Origin: Azolla caroliniana
Taxonomy: Eukaryota > Plantae > Polypodiophyta
Direction of reading: 5' to 3'
Assembly: GCA_043228905.1 (NCBI GenBank)
Contig: JBHGNT010000021.1
Location: 10,044,001 to 10,108,000 of the forward strand
Length of the DNA: 64,000 nucleotides
Shown: in pieces, positions 48,335 to 61,651 of the stretch
Layout of the letters: every line of letters starts with the position of its first letter
Position numbering within the stretch: position 1 is the stretch's first letter
Notes under the pieces: model-generated
What the model was told of the DNA's origin: nothing
Database searches by the model: none
Seen by the model: the letters and a program-made list of their open reading frames with translations, nothing else
Position numbers and translations under genes: made by a program

Positions 48335-49832
48335 GGCCACCGGTTCCGATTGTTGTGGTCCTTCTATGACCAACTTGGCCATTTCTGTTCTGGCCCTCTC
48401 TATGTCTTCCTCCATGCTCCAGATTCTTGGTCAGGCCTTCTCTAATTCCTCGGTTGTGGCTAGCAACCGGGCTTCCTGCGCTTCCTCTTCCGCTTCTAAC
48501 TGGCATACGACCCCAATCACTTGTTTTGCTACCCATCGGAGCCATTGACTGTCGGTGCCTTGTCGTCGTGCCGGTTTTGGTCGTGGGATGGCGTTTTCAT
48601 TGGTCACGAACCTACTATTAACGGTTACGTCAAGCAACCGCTCCGGTTCTAACTGTTGTTGCTGCGACAATTCAATGACCGGTTATTGATCCACCGGTAT
48701 TGCCGGGTCCTGGTATGTTGGTTCCGCGATGTCCTACCGCACCAATTGCTCTGTCCCCGCTTCTTGTTGAGCCAGTTCTGCCGCCTTCCTAGGCTGCGGC
48801 TCCTCAAGGAGGGGTTCCTGTATACTGTCCTCCGTTAGCCTTGATGTCCCCCTTTCGTGGCCCTTTGCACTTGTCAAGCGACGCTGTAGCAGCGTCTCGG
48901 TCGGCTCGTCTTGCTAATGTTGTTCTTCCAAGGTCTTGTTGTTGATTAACGCCGCCAAGGGGTCCTGCCCCTATGTTTTCTCTGGTTGTTCCGATAGGCG
49001 CAATTTGATTTTCAACGGTCTCCCCGAGGTGTCCACTAATGCCTCCTTTTCTGCCAGCCACTTTCGATTAGGCCATTCCTTCGCCTAGGTAGCCAAGAGT
49101 TGTTGCTGTTTTGAAGTTGTTTTGGGGGTCGATTCTGTCGGTCTTCCCCTCTTTCTTTGTTTCATGGGCTCCACCGACGGTGCTAACAAAGTGAGCCATT
49201 GTGCCACTATTGTCCACATCTTTTTGCCATCTTTTATTGAGACGATGGCAACGCACAGGCCGTCGGCAATCATTACCGGCCAATCCACCTGTACTCCCTC
49301 GTAGGTGGCTACGATCAAACCGGCTATTCCTAGGCATCGTCGGTGGTATACATGGCCATACTCGTGGAGTACTTGAGCAATTTCCCGAAACAAGAGGTCT
49401 TCACCGCCTTGCATGCGGTACGCCTTGTTGCCCAGGGAGTATTCCCCAAAATACCTCGTCAACAGCTCCTGCGAAGGGTTGTCAATTGAGTAGATTCCCC
49501 CTTCCGGTAGGCCGGTCATGGCTCAGATGGCTTCCTCGGTGATGACCTCCGTGTTGATGTCTTTAACGACATTTTCCGCATCTTCGTGCGGCGATGCTTC
49601 GACTATCCTCAAGAATCCCTCTAGACCGTGTTGCTTCAACCATTTCTTAGCCGCTTTTGAGAGTACCATGCATTCCATGTCGTCGTCGGAGTTGGTAGGT
49701 TGTGGTAAGATTGGTGCGCCTGTGTGTTCTGCGTGCTCTCACCTAATCACTTGTAATCACCTATGTGCGCTGAGATCTCTGTGTTCACGAAATGAAAGGG
49801 ACTTTGCGCGGCGAAGGTTTTCTTTCTCCATG
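48335..49832 (-). pseudogene. Extra ORF of element A, N-terminal half
   Basis: WLKQHGLEGFLRI...EEAI*AMTGLPEGG...VDWPVMIADGL; joins in frame to 30025 across the CCGG TSD; start position approximate. Confidence 0.62.
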
Positions 49833-50039
49833 CGTGGCGCCTTTTCTTGATTCCCGCGCATGCACGTCCTGTACTAATATAGCGGTCGGTTGACACGTGG
49901 TGCGCCTTTTTTAAAGGGATTTAATTAGCCACACACCACACCTTTTCAAAGTGCCCGTTCACTCCTCGCCTCTACATGATGACTTTTCTTTTCTTTTTTT
50001 TTCAAATTGAGTTTTAGTTAACCGGAAGAACTGGGTCCG

Positions 50040-50757
50040 TATCCCGGTTTTCCCCCATATTCACGTTTGTCGGCCACCCATTTGTTGTTATCCGGTAACG
50101 CTAGCTCCGCCTAACTGTCGGGTACTTTTTTCCTGCTTCCTATTGTTGTATCAGCCTCCGTCAGCTCGAACGGATTCTGTGGCATAGGTCCACAATATGG
50201 TTTGAGTCAAAACCCATTGACCCATTTGCCCATTTTCTCACCGGCGAGTGTTCCGAGCTGGTATGAACCGTTGAATTCCCGCATTATCCAATATGGTCCG
50301 GTCCACCGGAACCGTAGCTTTCTCAGCATCTGACCCATCCGGGTCTAGAACACGAGTACCGGCTTGTCGATCCCGAACATCTTCTCATTGCCCTTCCGGT
50401 GCCGATCGACGAACGCCTTCCTTCGTCGCTGCTCCAATTCCAATTGCATGAGACTCCTTGTCCGATGCTCCTCGAGTTCGCATAATGCAACTAACCGGAT
50501 TTTTTCCGATTCCTTTTCACTTAGTCATTCTCTAACTTGTATCCGCAAACTCGGAACCTGAAATTCGATCGGCATTACTACTTCCAGCCCAAATGCTAAC
50601 TGGAATGGTGTTGACCGGATACTTGTTTTGTATGCCATCCGGTATGCCCATAGCGCACTATGCAACTTCGTGTCCCAATCGGTCAAGTTTTCATTTACGA
50701 TCTTTCGTAGGATGTTCTAGAGCGTTTTGTTTGTGGATTCGGCCAGTCCATTACTAT
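50040..50757 (-). pseudogene. Gypsy integrase C-terminal fragment of element A
   Basis: SNGLAESTNKTL, KLRFRWTGPYWIMREFNGSYQLGTLAGE (GPY/F motif). Confidence 0.78.
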
Positions 50758-53700
50758 CCAATGCCTGAGAAGTCCCTTTAAACCATGTTGGACAAAAGGG
50801 AAAGTTGATGAACATACTACACGTTCCGACAATCACAAAGAACCTGGTGTCATTCAGACAAATCGTCGACCAGGGAATGCAGGTGCGGTTTACGCACCTC
50901 AGGTGTTTCATCAAAGAAGAAGGTTGGATAATAGCGCAAGGGCACCGCGACAGGAGGATGTTCATCCTCGACACCAACGATGTAGGCTCCGCTATGTTTA
51001 CAAAAGGATTGCAGATCGAATCGGACATCGATCTCTGGCACAAGTGGATTAGTCACATCAATTACTAGAGGCTTCAGGACCTGCAATCGAAACAAGTTGT
51101 TTTCGGTTTGCCGACATTGAGTGGCCGCAAGACCCAAATATGTGAAGCCTGCCAACTCATGAAGCAATATTGGCTTCCATTCCCCACCGAACAAAACCAG
51201 AGCTGTAACAAGATCGACTTACTCCATTCGGATGTATGGGGACTGGCACAGAATGTTAGTCTAGGCGGGAGTCGGTACTTCATCTCCTTCATCGACAACT
51301 ATGGCTGACACACTTGGATCTACCTCATTGAGAGGAAAAGAGAAGTTTTCGAATGTTTCCAGAACCTTCAAACCTTAGTTGAACAGGAAACGGAGAGAAA
51401 GATTAAGTGTCTGCGGTCAGATGGCGGAAAAGAATATTTTCCCGACCAATTCAATAGTTATCTGCAGCATAAAGGAATTCAGAGAGAGTTCAGCCGCCGA
51501 TACAGACTAGAACAAAACGGTGTGGCCGAAAGGAAGAACTGGTTGATTGTCGACGCGGAAAGGGCAATGTTAGAGGAGAAGAGCATGCCCAAGTCCTACA
51601 AGGCTGAGGTGGTCCATACGACCATCTACATCCAAAACCGGATTGGAGACAAGGTGTCAGCAGATGAGTTGTATTTCGGGTGGAAGCCGAATTTGAGACA
51701 CCTTCGGATATTCAATAGCATAGCATGTGTGCATGTACTGGATGAGAAGTGGAGGAAGCTGGATGCGAAGTCGGAGAAGTGCATACTCGTTGGCTACTCG
51801 CATGAACAAAAGGGGTATAAGTGTTATAACCCCCGGACTAAAGAGGTTCGAGTAAGTCGAGATGTAGAGTTTGATGAGTTGGCATCATGGTACTCTCTCC
51901 CGACTCCAACTCCCAACAAAGACCCGATTCTAGAGGATGAGGCTAGTAAACCTGGAGAGGTTCAAGTAGAAGATGAAGAAGGATTCGGTACTCTAGATGA
52001 GGGTCCGATCTCAAGCCGGCTAAGTGGGCCAAATGAGCAGTTGTGTCGGAATGACCAGTCAGATGAAGAATCAGCGAGTAGTGGAGACTATGGCGTGCCT
52101 CCCCGCACAAGAAACCGAGGAGATGGTTCACGCGCAAAAAGAAGGGGAAGAAAAAGATGGCGGAATACGACACCGCAAAGAGTCAAATCGGAGTGACTCT
52201 GACTCTGGACATAATGAAGTCGGATCTTCAGAAACGAAATCCGAACCAGCCAAGAAAGGCCTCAAACCGGCTGACGAAAAGCTACGCCAGTCAACCCGCC
52301 AAAAGAACCCCGTAAAACGGTACAGATACAATGAGTACATGGTGCATCATTATACATGACCACGGTGCCGGAAGTGCGTGAGCCGGAGAGCTACGCAGAA
52401 GTAGCGAAAGACGCAAATTGGTGTGCTGCTATGGAAGAAGAAATGCGAGCACTCGATGCCAACAACACTTGGGACCTGGTTGACCCTCCCTGACAGTGTT
52501 AACCGATCGGTTGTAAGTGGGTATATAAGGTGAAGTACAATGCCAACGATTCTGTCAACCGATACAAGGCCCGGTTAGTGGCGAAGGGATATTCACAGAC
52601 CCACGGAATTGACTACGACGAGACCTTCATTCCGGTAGCGAAGATGATGACGGTTCATGTGGTGTTGGCGGTTGCTGTGGCAAGGGGGTGGTAGCTTCAC
52701 CAAATGGACGTGAAGAATGTGTTTCTTCAAGGTGACCTTGAAGAACAGGTCTATATGATCCAATCCCCCGGTTTCCAATTGGAGATGAACAAGTTGGCAA
52801 TGTGCCAACTCAAGAAGTCGCTTTATGGTCTGAAGCAAGCCCCCGAGCTTGGAATGCGAAGATCACGCACCGGTTGCGTAAGATGGGGTTTGCGGCCTCA
52901 AAGTCCGACTCTTCATTGTTCATCCGGAAAGGTCTGGATGGTCCGGTTTGTATCCTGTTATATATAGATGATTTAGTCATCACCGAACCTGGACTCGCTG
53001 AAATCGGAAGAGTGAAGTCCCAGTTGTCATATGCATTTGAAATGAAGGACCTGGGGGGCCTTCATTATTTTCTTTGGATCGAGGTGATCCGGACCCCCGA
53101 CGGCATATTGCTCTCACAAAGACACTATGTGCTAAATATGCTATACAAGTTCGACATGACAAAATGTTGACCGATCCCCACACCCTTGGATCGGAACCTG
53201 AAGCTACGTCCCGACTCCGAACCGGCCTGCGATGAGAAACGGTTCCGACAAACTATCGGAAGCCTTATCTACTTGACAATCACCTGACCCGACATCAGTT
53301 ATCCAGTCGGAGTGATCAACCAGTTTATGTAGAAGCCGACCATGGAGCACCTTTAGTGCACGCATCGACTATTGCGATATGTGAGCGGCACGAAGGACCG
53401 GGGACTGTTATACTGACACGGTATACCGAGGAAGCTAGTCGGATATATGGATGCCGACTGGGCTGATGATGCATCAGATCACCGATCCACATTGGTTATA
53501 TGTTCTCTCTTGGGAGCAGGCTATTGCGTGCAATAGCAAAAAGCAACTAACAGTGGCTCTGTCGAGCATTGAGGCTAAGTACTTGGGCGCTACCATTGCC
53601 ACCTGTGAAGCCATCTGGCTTCGGCGACTGCTGCGAGACCCTTCGAATCGAGGTGCCGACCTTGATCCTAATTTATTGTGACAACGTATGCAGCACACAT

Positions 53701-56700
53701 CTCGCAAAGAACCCTGTATTCCATGCTAGGACAGAGCACATATAATTGCATTATCACTTTGTTTGTGAGTGGGACTTGAGCGGTGAAGTTGAACTTTGGT
53801 ATGTTCACGCGGATCGACAGGTTGTCGACATCTTCACCAAGCCGCTCGGACCAGACAAGTTGCAGCATTTTTCAGAGATGCTTGCCATTCAACATCTCAA
53901 TGTGCCGCACCTGAGGGGGAGAATAGGAACGGGAACGGATGGCACCGGACAAGGAGCCGGAGAGGAAGAAAGAACCAAGGGTGGAGATGAGCAGATAGAG
54001 GAAGCTGAGCCGACCGAAGGACTCGGCACATCCAAACTTTTCAGAGCAAGTGGCAGCAGCAGCAGAGTCAAGAAGGATAGAGCCGACCGGAAGAAGGCCA
54101 AGACCCAGATGTGGTCCGATGTGGTGAAGGGCCTAAAAACGGAAGGCGAGTTGGAGATTACCAACTCGGACAAGAGCTGAATGAATCGGAGGAAGCCGAT
54201 TCAGTTCAACAGTTGGATTCTGAAAAGAATGGCATGCAGAAGCAATATAGGAAAACCGAACAACAGAAAACGTAGGTTTAATGGAAAGCTTAGGTTTTCA
54301 CAGTACGCACAGGAGAGATAGAGAGAGAGTAACACAAGAACTTAAATTCGAAAATAATACTCAATCTGTACATAGGATGTGCTCAGTGAGCACTTTTATA
54401 CAAGCCTTGACAATGGGCTGACACAAGTACTGACAGTACTTGACTACTCATAAATGAGCCTCGACACTTACTCCCAAAACTATTCCTTACGAGGAATATC
54501 TTTCTAACGGCCTTTCGGTCTACGCACCGATATGGCCTTTCTACGCACCGGTCTGCATACCGGTTTTATGCACCCAGTCTACACACTGGTTACGCATCGT
54601 GTTACGCACAAATGTTGAGCTTGTCTCTCAACACTCCCCCTCAAGCTCAACTTGAGGTTCCGCCTGCTCTGCCGGACCTACGCTCCGGCTTCTCCTAGCT
54701 CCACGCCTCGCTTGCACTCCTCGGCCTGTTCGACTCCACGCGCTTCGACCCTTCTGGTCGGCTTGTCTACTCCCACGGCCCTTCACAGGTTCCTTGCTGT
54801 CGCGGTGTTGGCGCTTCTCCTGCTGCCTTCTTTTCCGCTTGGCCCTTAGTTGATTCAGTGTATCTGAATCGAACATCCGAACCGACTCGGCTACCTTCGA
54901 TCAGTTTTTGCTCTCGTCCGAGTTGGCTGTCTCCCACTCGTCTCCAATCTTCTCGCCTTTGACGGCGTCATCTCCCCCATGCCTGGTTGGCTTTGGCTCT
55001 TTCTTTCGGCTGCTCCCCTTGTGTCTGCTTTCGGACTCTTCCGCGGATCCGCTCTCGGCTTCTTCAGCCGATCCGAGGTCTTTTCCGCTCCTTTCCTGCT
55101 CCCTTTCGTGGTCATCTGGGACGTTTCTCCCCCTCAAGTTCGGCACGTCGAAGTGACGCAACCCAAGCGCACCCGAAAATTGCCGCAACTTGTCCAGACC
55201 AAGAGGCTTGGTGAAGATGTCGGCGGTCTGCCGATCCGTCGGAACATATTGAAGTTCGACTTCACTAGAAAGGACATGCTCACGGACAAAATGGTAGTGC
55301 ACCTCAATGTGCTTGGTCCGTGCGTGGAAAACGGGGTTCTTCGCGAGTTGGATGCTGCTGAGGTTGTCGCAGTAGATTGTTGTTGGATCGGACACCTCCA
55401 CTTGCAAATCCTTAAGTAACCGCTTCAACCATATGGCTTCGCATGTTGCGACAACCGCCCCTCTATACTCGGCTTCGGTGCTCGACAGTGCAACTGTCGA
55501 CTACTTCTTGCTACTCCGCGCTATCGCGGCACTCCCAAGAGAGAACACATATCCGGACGTGGATCGGCGATCGGCGACATTGTCGGCCCAGTCGGCATCA
55601 GTGTAGCCGACCAACTGCGGGGCTATATCGGTCCGATATAGTAGTCCACAGTCCTTAGTGCCGCTTACGTACCGCAGTACGCGTTGCGCACACTGAAGGT
55701 GCTCCTCGGTAGGTTGCGCCATGAACTGACTGATCACCCCGACCGGATAACTAAGATTGGGTCGGGTGATGGTCAAGTAGATAAGGCTTCTGACAACTTG
55801 TCGGAACCTTGTCGGATCGCAAACCTTGTCGGAATTGGGGCGAAGCTTGACAGTTCTGTCCAGAAGAGTCGAGACGGACTTACAGTTTGCCATCCCGAAT
55901 TTTAAGAGCATATTCAGCGCATAATGACGTTGGCTGATTAGTATGCCTTCGGGGGTGTGGATCACTTTGATCCCGAGGAAGTAATGAAGGTCCCCCAGAT
56001 CCTTCATGTCGAATGATGCCGCAAGCTGGAGCTTCACGCGGTTGATCTCACCTAGGTCGGCGCCGGTGATGACCAAGTCATCAACATAGAGTAAAATACT
56101 AACCGGCCCGAGTCGACCTTTCCGAATGAACAACGAGGAGTCCGATTTTGACGTCGCAAAGCCCATCCGACGCAGCCGATGCATGATTTTTGCATTCCAG
56201 GCACGCAGGGCTTGCTTCAGTCCGTAAAGGGACTTCTTCAATTGGCATACTGCCGACATGTTCGGTCCGGTGTGAAATCCGGGGGGCTGTACCATGTACA
56301 CTTGGTCCTCAAGCTCACCTTGCAGGAATGAATTCTTTACACCCATCTGATGTAGGTGCCACCCCTTGGCCGCGGCTATTGCGAGCAAAACCTGGACGGT
56401 CGTCATCTTTGCGACTGGCGCAAACGTCTCATCGTAGTCGATGCCGTGTTTCTGCGCGTAGCCTTTTGCCACTAACCGGGCCTTGTATTGGTTAATCGAG
56501 TTGTCAGTGTTGTACTTGACCTTGTACACCCACCTACATCCGATCGGCTTCACATCCTTCGGTGCGTCAACCAGGTCCCAGGTCTCGTTTTCTGCCAATG
56601 CGTGCATCTTTTCCTCCATTGCGGCGCGCCAATTCGTGTCCTTTGCCGCTTCTGCGTAGCTCCCCGGCTCACGCACTTCCGCTACATGGGTCATGTACGC

Positions 56701-57227
56701 ATAGTGATGCGCCATGTATTCGTTGTATCCAAACCGCACAACTGGGTTCTTTTGGTAGGTAGATCGGCGTAAACGCTCATTTGCCGATGTCGAGGTCTTC
56801 TCGGCCGACGCAGACTTCGCTCCTGAAGGCCCGTCGCCGCTTCCCTCGGAGTCGGACTCGCGTCGGTCTGACTTGTTCCTATCCGTGCCGGAATCCGACA
56901 TCTTCTTCTTCCCTTTCTCTTCGCGCGTAAGCCGTCTCCTCGGCTTCCTACGCGGGGAATGCACGGCCGAGTCTCCACTACTTGTCGACTCTTCATCGGA
57001 CTGGTCGTACCGACTCAGTCGTCCATTCGGTCCACTTAACCGAAATGAAATCGGACTCTCTTCGGGGGTCCCGATTTCAGGCTCAGCCGGAGGCACCTCG
57101 GCCTCACTGTCCTCATCGTCAGAACTCGGATTGGAGGTGAGGTCCAGAGTCGGAGGCAAGTACCAGGACGCGGACTCATCAAACACAACGTCGCGGCTCA
57201 CGCCCGGTTGTTTGGTACGCGGGTTAT

Positions 57228-58273
57228 TGACGGGAACTCAAGGCTCCTTATGCACAACGCTCGGCCACAACCGAGCTTAGAATCATACACAGAAAACAGG
57301 AAACGGAAAACACGCAACACAAAGAAGAAGAAAAATGTACACAGGATGTTTACGTGGAAAACCCAACTAAGGGAAAAACCACGGCAGCCCACAGGCTCCA
57401 AACTATCGCTATGTTAGAATGTACAACAGTGAGTTCACGGAGGCAACGACCTCATGCTCACGATCCTCGCCACAGGCGGCGGTTACAACAGAGGCTACGA
57501 CCTCTTCCTCTCTCTCTCTGTACACTGTTACGTGCTCCCTCTTCTTCTTCCACCAACAAGAAATGACAACAACCACAATCACTATAAGTTTGCCCTAAGT
57601 CATATTTATACTAATATGACTTTTCGGCTATTTACAAATATGGCCCCGATGGACTCTCAAAAACATATTTACGAATATGTCTCTTCATCCGGTGAGCATT
57701 TCTCACCGAGTCTGCACCATCCGGCTCTCCGTAGCCAGGTACTCCTCATCCGGTTCTCACCGGACCTGCACCATCCGTCTCTCCATAGCTGGGTACTCCT
57801 CATCCGGTTCTCACCGGGCCTGCACCATCCGGCTCTCCGTAGCTGGGTACTCCTCATCCAGTTCTCACCGGGTCTGCACCATCCGGCTCTCCGTAGCCAG
57901 GTACTCCTCATCCGGTTCTCACCGGGCCTGCACCATCCGTCTCTTCGTAGCTGGGTACTCCTCATCCGGTTCTCACCGGGCCTGCACCATCCGGCTCTCC
58001 GTAGCCGGGTACTCCTCATCCGGTTCTCACCGGGCCTGCACCATCCGGCTCTCCGTAGTCGGGTACTCCTCATCCGGTTCTCACCGGGCCTGCACCATCC
58101 GGCTCTCTGTAGCCGGGTACTCCTCATTCGGTTCTCACCGGGCCTGCACCATCCGGCTCTCCGTAGCCGGGTACTCCTCTTCCGGTTTCGGCCGAGGCCT
58201 ATCGGCCTCGGCCGAGATTGTTCGTCGGCACTGTTCTTCTCCCTTCCCATCCGGAGGGACCTGTCTCCCAACA
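57228..58273 (-). mobile_element. Solo LTR (1046 bp) inserted in the Copia E integrase
   Basis: TG...CA ends, TSD GTTAT on both sides, host reads KCYN|PRTK across it; strand inferred from a CCGTGGTTTTTCCC U5-like motif. Confidence 0.88.
57701..58186. repeat. 54-bp tandem repeat, 9 copies, inside the solo LTR
   Basis: Unit TCTCACCGGGCCTGCACCATCCGGCTCTCCGTAGCCGGGTACTCCTCATCCGGT. Confidence 0.93.
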
Positions 58274-61200
58274 GTTATAGCACTTATAACCCTTCTGCTC
58301 GTCCGAATAGCCGACCAAGATACACTTCTTGGCTTTTGCGTCCAACTTCCTCCTTTTCTCCTTCGGCACATGTACATACGCAATGCTACTGAAAACTCGT
58401 AAGTGTCGCAAGTTCGGCTTTGCTCCAAAGTATAGCTCGTGCGCCGACACTTTTTCTCCGATCCGGTTCTGGATGTATACCGCGGTTCTTACCGCCTCGG
58501 CCCAATAGAACTTGGGCAAGCTCTTCTCCTCCAGCATTGCGCGCAGCTTCCACAACCGACCGATTTTTTCTCTCGGCCACGCCGTTTTGCTCCGGCGTGT
58601 ATCTACAACTGAATTCACGCCGAATTCCCATCTGTTGTAGATAACCGTTGAATTGACCGGAAAAGTATTCTTTTCCGCCATCCGACCGCAGGCACTTGAT
58701 CTTTCTTCCTGTTTCCGTTTCCACGAACCCTTTGAGGTCCCGGAAATAGTCGAAGACTTTGCTTTTCCTCTCAATGAGGTAGATCCACGTGTGTCGCGTG
58801 TAGTCGTCGATGAAGGAGACAAAATATCGGCTCCCGCCAAGACTAACGTTTTGTGCCGGCCCCCACACATAAGAGTGTATCAAGTCTAGCTTGTTCCGAC
58901 TCCAATTACGCTTGTTTGGGAAAGGAAGTCAGTGTTGCTTCCCAAGTTGGCAGGCTTCACAAATTTGTGCCTTCCGGCCACTAAATTTGGGCAACCTAAA
59001 CACCACTTGTTTCGATTGCAGGTCTTGAAGCCGCTGGTAGTTGACGTGGCCTATCCGTTTGTGCCATAAGTCGATGTCCGACTCGACTTTTTGTCCCTTC
59101 GCAAACATTGCGGTGCCACCATCAGTAGAGTCGAGGATAAACATCCCCCCATCTCTGCGCCCTTGCGCAATAATACGGCCTTCTTCCTCGATGAAACACC
59201 CAAGATGCGTAAACCGAACCTGCATCCCCTGGTCGATGATCTGCCCGATCTACACCAAATTCTTCGTGATGGTCGGGACGTGTAACACGTTCATAAGTTT
59301 CCCTTTCTGCCCGACATGGCTCAAGGGAACTTCACCGACATTCGCGATCGGATGCGGAGTGTCGTCTCTAATTGCGACTACTCCTAGCTGCGTCGGTTTC
59401 TCAAGGTATGAGAACCACTCCTTGTGGCACGTCATGTGGTTTGACGCGCCGGAGTCGACATACCACACCTCATCTGATTTCATTGAGTTTGCTTCGTGTC
59501 TCGTCACGAAGACTGACCCTTTTCCGGCTTTTCCGGATCCTTCGGCGTAGTGCGATCGCTGCCGATTTCCTTTGTCGGTATGTCCGGAACCAGACCTCTC
59601 CGACTCGGCGCGCTTCTTCCAGCACTCGCTCTCCCTGTGGCCTTTCTTGCCACAGTACCAACATTCCGTGGCGGATTTCCCTTTCTGGTTCTCGTCGCCT
59701 CGACTCCCCCTGTTTCCAAAGGGTCCGGAATTGCTGTCGGCATCTCTTCGATGCGTTCTTCCTTGATCCCGTCGGTCGCTTCCATTGCGTACCGACTTGC
59801 CTCGTCCGCCACGACCACGGAGCCTTTCTCCCTCCGTGTACAACATCTTGTTGTCGGTGTGCATGCTCGTCGACGCACCCGCGTGGTTCTCCTCTACCAA
59901 GAGCATCGATTGTAAGTCGAAAAAGGACGGCGTATTCTCTCGGGTACACACTGCAGTTCGGAACGCCCCAAACTTCGACGCCAAACCTCCGAGACAGACC
60001 TGGACCATCTCGCTTTCCTCGATGTTCACATCGATGGAAGCTAAGGAGTCGCATATGTCCTTAATCCTCGAGGTATAGTTAGCCACCGACAAATCGCGTT
60101 GTCGTAGGTTGCTCAACTCCTGTCGAAGCTGAAGCTTCCTGGCTGTGGTGTTCGCGGCGAAAATCTTCTTTAGATTTTCCCATGCACCCTTCGGCATTTT
60201 TGCATCCCGAACGTGGCTTAGCAGCTGTTCACCCACACAAGACGCGAAGCAGTATAGCACTCTGCTCGCCGATTGTTCCCACGCCGTGAAGTCTTTGTGT
60301 GTTGAATCGGGTGCTGTGTCATTTGCTCCATCGACATAGCTCCAGTAACCGTGTCCGAGCAGGTACTGGTGCATCTTGTAGGACCAAGATGCGTAGTTGG
60401 TTCTGTCGAGCTTCTCCGTTGGAAGCGAGCTAGCCATTCCTCTGTCCATCGGTTTTCTTGTTCTTCTTCGTTGGTTTTTCCTTCAAGCAAAGTCAACGTC
60501 AGAGGTTCTCAACCCTCATGCTCTAATACCATGAAAAGAATGGCGTGCGGAAGCAATATAGGAAAACCGAACAACAGAAAACGCAAGTTTAATGGAAAGC
60601 TTAGGTTTTCACAGTACGCACAAGAGAGACAGAGAAGAGTAACAAAAGAACTTAAATTCGAAAATAAAACTCAATCTGTACATAGGATGTGCTCAGTGAG
60701 CACTTTTATACAAGCCCTAACAATGGGCTGACACAAGTACTGACAGTACTTGACTGCTCATAAATGAGCCTCAACACTTACTCCCAAAACTATTCCTTAC
60801 GAGGAATATCTTTCTAACGGCCTTTCGGTCTACGCACCGATACGGCCTTTCTACGCACCAGTCTGCGTACCGGTTTTATGCACCCAGTCTACGCACTGGT
60901 TACGCATCGTATTACGCACAAATGTTGAGCTTGTCTCTCAACATATTCGGAAGAGTCGGATCAACTAAAGGCCAAGTGGACGAGAAGGCAGCGAAAGTCG
61001 ACACCGACACGGAGGAATCGATGGGTTGATAAGCGTCGTAGTCATAGCAGCGAAGGAGCTGAGATAGGCCTGCTGAGCAGACAAGCCGACCAAGGAGGAC
61101 AAGGTGCGCAGAATCGAACGGGTTGTGGGAAGCAAAACTGGACCGGACAAGGTGCGCGAGCAAGGCGTGCGAGCGGAAGGAGCCGAAGCAAAGGACGGGC

Positions 61201-61651
61201 TACTGCAGGACATTAACACCACTATCCAACCTCAAGTTGAGCTTGAGGGGGAGTGTTGAGCGAGCAAGCTCAACCGAATCCGGATCGGTGTCCGGATGAT
61301 ATCTAGAACCAGGAGCCGGATCGGAGACTTGGATCGGATTGAAACCGGTAGGTCGTTAGAGGCATACGGATCCAGACTAGTACGTAGGCATATTTTTGGG
61401 AGTCAGTGACAGTCGCTCATGTGAGCTTTGAAGTACCTATCAGTCCTTTATGGACTTGTATAAAAGTGCTCTCTGAGCACATTCTATGTACAGAATATAG
61501 ATTAGTATTTTTTTAATAGAGTTGATGTTCTGCTCTCTCTCTGTCTCTCCCGTGTATATTCTCTATGTTTAGCTTCCATTGAACCTTTCTCTCTATTGTT
61601 GCTATCCGGTATAGCCGGTTTGTGATACTCTTCTGCACGTTTACATTCACA

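Larger units (their letters stand above)
24303..50757 (-). mobile_element. Tat/Ogre-like Gypsy (element A): 3' LTR, extra ORF and integrase end; 5' part deleted; host of nested insertions
   Basis: 3' LTR 24303-24760 (TG...CA, minus-strand TATA CCTATAAAAGGG); extra ORF split at 25128-28654 and 30026-48330; integrase C-terminus RWTGPYWI near 50.3 kb. Lineage is inferred from the tRNA-Arg-type site and the extra ORF. Confidence 0.72.
54901..60449 (-). pseudogene. Copia E gag-pol, disrupted
   Basis: [49 protein letters not shown]; stops, frameshifts and a solo-LTR insertion. Confidence 0.9.
54221..60943 (-). mobile_element. Full-length Copia E, decayed
   Basis: LTRs 54221-54633 and 60532-60943; TSD GATTC / TATTC (1 mismatch); PBS 60531-60520; PPT next to 54634. 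Confidence 0.92.
50762..61651 (+). mobile_element. Decayed Copia D, 5'-truncated, interrupted by Copia E
   Basis: PR-end, IN, RT and RNase H fragments at 50762-54180; resumes at 60949; PPT TTGAGGGGGAG, 3' LTR 61254-61651. Confidence 0.82.

Noticed and set aside
57454-58402. Repeat-protein ORFs on both strands, or a CRISPR-like array
   Set aside because: A stop-free 54-bp tandem unit inside a TSD-flanked solo LTR; no unique spacers and no cas genes
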